64,000 bases of DNA from a bacterium (lineage in GTDB: Bacteria; J088; JAWLBW01), in assembly GCA_041690355.1 (NCBI GenBank), contig JAWLHK010000012.1, positions 1 through 64,000 of the forward strand, read 5' to 3'. Below are positions 60,766 through 64,000 of the stretch, piece by piece. The notes beneath the pieces were generated by a model. The model worked only from the letters and a program-made list of their open reading frames with translations, did no database searches and was not told the origin of the DNA. Positions within the stretch are counted from its first letter, which is position 1, and every line of letters starts with the position of its first letter. The translations under genes were made by a program, and so were the position numbers.

Positions 60766-61188
60766 TCAAGCGGTTTCGCCCTTGGTCGGCGGCAACGTCG
60801 TGAAGGCGGGCTCAAGCACCGGTTCTTGATGGGATTGAGCATCGGCCATCGGCCATTGGGCATTTTCGAGCGGCAGCGCGGCCTCTCCTTCGCGCTGGGC
60901 GGCCTGCAGCAGCTCGGCTGCCTTGCCCGCCCGATACGCATGCTTCAGCCACGTGAGCACCGCGACGTTGGCCAGCGTGACCGTGTTGGCGACGATGAGG
61001 ATGGGATCCAGGCGCAGCAGCGAGTAGAACAGCCACATGACGATTCCCACGCCGTACGTCACCAGCATTCCCCAGCTCAAGTCCTGGACGGAGCGGGTGC
61101 GAAGGGCGCGAATGATCTGGGGGATGAGGCTGGTGCAGGTGAGCGCGGTTGCAATCGAGCCGACGACTTGAACGCCGAGCGTGTCCAT
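60766..61188 (-). CDS. SemiSWEET / PQ-loop transporter with C-terminal extension
   Basis: SLIPQIIRALRTRSVQDLS...W..Y...PILIVAN. Confidence 0.85.
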   Translation of the reverse strand: MDTLGVQVVGSIATALTCTSLIPQIIRALRTRSVQDLSWGMLVTYGVGIVMWLFYSLLRLDPILIVANTVTLANVAVLTWLKHAYRAGKAAELLQAAQREGEAALPLENAQWPMADAQSHQEPVLEPAFTTLPPTKGETA

Positions 61189-61409
61189 GCGGAAATGCCT
61201 GTAGGTAAAGCCGCGGCGCGCCTCCCCGACCCTCGTCGGACTGCGCGCGTGCAGGCTTGCGAAGCATGGTGCCCGAAGGCCGGTTCCTCGACAAGAGGCG
61301 GGGGGCTCTCCCGGGAGACCCGCTCGAAGAAAAGCGCTCTTCCCCAAGCCCCCTCGGTTGCATTTTCCGGAGTGTTTCTGGTAAGTTAAGGGCAACCCCG
61401 CGGGCCCCC

Positions 61410-62495
61410 ATGCTGGAAGAGCAGGAGAAAACCCAGATTATCGCAGAGCTGGAAAAGAAGATCGAAGAGCTTTCGGTCTTCAACGAGATCGGCAAGGCGC
61501 TGACCTCGACGCTCGACCTGCGCAAGGTGCTCGACATCATCATGGAGCGCATCAGCGAACTGTTCCGCCCGAAGAACTGGTCGCTGCTGCTCGTCGACGA
61601 GCCCAGCCAGGAGCTCTATTTCGAGATTGCCGTCGGCGAAGGGTCCGAAAAGCTCGGCGAGTTGCGCCTCAAGATGGGCGAAGGGATCGCCGGCTGGGTG
61701 GCCCAGCATGCCGAACCGCTGCTGATCAGCGACGCCTACTCCGACCCCCGCTTCACGCCGTCGGCGGATCAGAAGACGAAGTTCAAGACGCAGTCGATCA
61801 TCTGCGTGCCCCTGAAGTCGAAGGGCAAGGTGCTCGGCGTCATCGAGATCATCAACCAGCTCGAAGGCAAGGCGTTCAAGATTGAAGACCTGACGCTGCT
61901 CAAGACCATGGCCGATTACGCGGCCATCGCCATCGAGAACGCGCGCTACTTCCGCAAGGTGCAGGAGCTGACAATCAAGGACGACATGACCGAGCTGTTC
62001 AACTCGCGCTACCTGCAGCAGCAGCTCGAGATGGAGATCCAGCGGTCGCGGCGCTACCACCTCTGCTTTTCGTTGATCTTCTTCGACCTCGATCACTTCA
62101 AGCTCGTCAACGATAATCACGGCCACCTGATCGGCAGCCAGGTGCTGCATGAGACGGCGCAGATCGTGCGCCAGTGCCTGCGCGACGTCGACATCCCCAC
62201 GCGCTACGGCGGCGACGAGTTCGTGCTGCTGCTCCCCGAAACCGATCGGGAGGATGCGCTCATCGTCACCCGGCGCATCCGCGACGCCATCCGCGCGCAC
62301 CGCTACGCCGCGAACGAAGGGCTCGACATCCGCCTCACGGCCAGCTTCGGCATCGCCACCTATCCCTATGACGCCGAGAACAAGGTCGACATCGTGCGCA
62401 TGGCCGATAACGCGATGTACTATGTGAAGGAAACTTCTCGCGACGACATCGCCACGGCCGCCGAGATCGCCGCGCGCAACAAGAGCGCGGTCTGA
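61410..62495 (+). CDS. GAF-GGDEF diguanylate cyclase
   Basis: GEGIAGWVA GAF; DLDHFKLVND; RDVD I-site; YGGDEF. Confidence 0.95.
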   Translation: MLEEQEKTQIIAELEKKIEELSVFNEIGKALTSTLDLRKVLDIIMERISELFRPKNWSLLLVDEPSQELYFEIAVGEGSEKLGELRLKMGEGIAGWVAQHAEPLLISDAYSDPRFTPSADQKTKFKTQSIICVPLKSKGKVLGVIEIINQLEGKAFKIEDLTLLKTMADYAAIAIENARYFRKVQELTIKDDMTELFNSRYLQQQLEMEIQRSRRYHLCFSLIFFDLDHFKLVNDNHGHLIGSQVLHETAQIVRQCLRDVDIPTRYGGDEFVLLLPETDREDALIVTRRIRDAIRAHRYAANEGLDIRLTASFGIATYPYDAENKVDIVRMADNAMYYVKETSRDDIATAAEIAARNKSAV

Positions 62496-62511
62496 ACGCG
62501 GAGACGGGCGG

Positions 62512-63105
62512 ATGCTGACGGCCCGCCAACGCGACATTCTGGCGTATATCGAGGCCTACGTCGCCGAGCAGGGGATCGCCCCGACCCTCGAAGAAATTGC
62601 CGCGCACTTTTCGCTGCGTTCGGTCGCCACCGTGCACAAGCACATCGGCAACCTCGTCGCCCGCGGCCACCTTCGGCGCGGGACGGGAAGCCGCTCGCTG
62701 GAACTGGTGCGCACCGTGCTCCCCTACGCCGAGGCGCCCCTGCGGGGCATCCTGCGGGCGGGCGCGCCGCTGGGGGAACCGCCGCACGACGAACGGATCC
62801 CCGTCCCTTCGGCCATGGCGCGGGGGAGTGCGCCGCTGTTCTGTGTGCGCGTCGAGGGGGACGGTTTCCGCGAAGAAGGGCTGGCCGCCGGCGACCTGCT
62901 GATCTGCACCGAGGCCGTTCCCCCGGCCGACGGCGACCTCGTGCTCGCCCTGCTCCCCGCCGGGCAGGCGGTCTGCGCGCGCTATGCCCTACAGCCCGCG
63001 GGAGGCGCGCTGATGAGCGGCGCCTCAGAGCTCTGGCCCGCCTCACTCTCGCTGCGCGTCCTGGGCGTGGGGGTGGGGGTTGTTCGCGTGCTGCCGCGCG
63101 GATGA
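62512..63105 (+). CDS. LexA-like repressor lacking catalytic Ser and Lys
   Basis: LTARQRDIL...PTLEEIAAHFSLRSVATVHKH; AG site LRAGAP; GDGF and AVCAR replace GDSM and TVKR. Confidence 0.8.
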   Translation: MLTARQRDILAYIEAYVAEQGIAPTLEEIAAHFSLRSVATVHKHIGNLVARGHLRRGTGSRSLELVRTVLPYAEAPLRGILRAGAPLGEPPHDERIPVPSAMARGSAPLFCVRVEGDGFREEGLAAGDLLICTEAVPPADGDLVLALLPAGQAVCARYALQPAGGALMSGASELWPASLSLRVLGVGVGVVRVLPRG

Positions 63106-63333
63106 ACCGGCTGCTTACCCAGGGGAGCCGGTTCCCGTTTTCCATAATCGACGTCCTGTTTCCGTTCGCCCTGAGGAGCCGGCATCATTTCGACAGCGCA
63201 GCCTGGGTGAACGAAACACCTGCCAGAACCTTTTTCGGCGTCTCGAAGGGCCAGCGAGCCGTGCACATAATTTTCAAAGAACTGTTTGCACTGGCGCACG
63301 AGTTCTCGAATACGCTTCCTCTTGACATTCTGG

Positions 63334-63360
63334 CCCTTCGACAAGCTCAGGGCGAACGGA
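63334..63360. repeat. REP-like element
   Basis: cccttcgacaagctcagggcgaacgga; end shared with the termini of the 3938 and 9805 elements. Confidence 0.6.
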
Positions 63361-63361
63361 T

Positions 63362-64000
63362 TTAGTCCACCTGTGAGGAAGAGGGTTCTTCGAGCGACGC
63401 GCGGACGGCCGCGCGCAGCGGCTTGCCGATGGCATTGTGGGGAATCTCAGGGCGGCGCACGTACCGCCGCGGGCGCTTCGCTGGGGAGAGGAGTTCGCGC
63501 ACATGGCGATCCAGATCCTCATCCCGCACATCCGGTTCCGCGACGAGCACGGCGACGACCCGCTCGCCCCACTCCTCGTCGGGCTCGCCCACGACGCATG
63601 CTTCGTGCACGCCCGGAACCCCGGCGAGCACCGCTTCGACCTCGGCGGGATAGACGTTGACGCCGCCGGAGAGGATCAGATCCGTGCGGCGATCGGACAG
63701 GTACACGTAGCCATCTGCGTCCGCATAGCCGATGTCGCCGACGGTGAGAAAGCCGTCGCGCCATTGCGCCGCGGACGCATCGACGCCCAGGTAGCCGCGC
63801 ATGAGCATGCCGCTCCGCACGTAAATCAGGCCCGATTCGCCGACAGGTAACTCATCTCCTTCGTCGTCGAGAATGCGCACCTCGACGCCGGCCGGCGGCC
63901 TGCCCACGCTTCCCGGACGTGCAAGGTGGCCGTCGGGGGGCATGACCGCCATCGTGCCCGTCTCGCTGCTGCCGAGAAATTCCCAGAGCCGCCCCGGGCC
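63362..64000 (-). CDS. Acyl-CoA synthetase / AMP-binding enzyme (5' end outside window)
   Basis: GSVGRP, TVGDIGY, DRRTDLILSGGVNVYPAEVE, DEEWGE, HNAIGK. Confidence 0.93.
   Translation of the reverse strand, partial: GPGRLWEFLGSSETGTMAVMPPDGHLARPGSVGRPPAGVEVRILDDEGDELPVGESGLIYVRSGMLMRGYLGVDASAAQWRDGFLTVGDIGYADADGYVYLSDRRTDLILSGGVNVYPAEVEAVLAGVPGVHEACVVGEPDEEWGERVVAVLVAEPDVRDEDLDRHVRELLSPAKRPRRYVRRPEIPHNAIGKPLRAAVRASLEEPSSSQVD

Noticed and set aside
63102-63365. A/T-richer ORF (and antisense 62982..63344) as a toxin remnant
   Set aside because: No convincing motif in any frame, and the ORF runs through a REP element; could be a decayed fragment but cannot be supported without a search

Overview
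High-GC bacterial chromosomal window. The gene content (ilvN-ilvC-pssA-leuA-leuB-asd-truA, glnB-glnA, dusB-ntrB-ntrC, Gld-like ABC system, PEGA, CFI-box-CTERM and myxobacterial-type beta-barrel proteins) suggests a Deltaproteobacteria/Myxococcota-like organism (inference). The left part (about 2-35 kb) is accessory: lipid-metabolism genes, three intact type II toxin-antitoxin pairs plus two damaged orphan antitoxins, many heptamer tandem arrays, REP/REPIN-like hairpins, and a lipoprotein gene flanked by an exact 38-bp direct repeat. The right part is mostly housekeeping. Best candidate for an undescribed system: a TetR-controlled module (lipoprotein alpha/beta-hydrolase, Cys-nucleophile hydrolase, orphan OleC-like ligase) with three copies of a shared 18-bp operator-like palindrome. 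Other notable items are a LexA paralog lacking both catalytic residues, a kinase-like gene next to a class III aminotransferase, and repeated leaderless promoter geometry. I recognised no rRNA, tRNA, CRISPR array, integrase or transposase. All family calls come from motif reading, not database searches.
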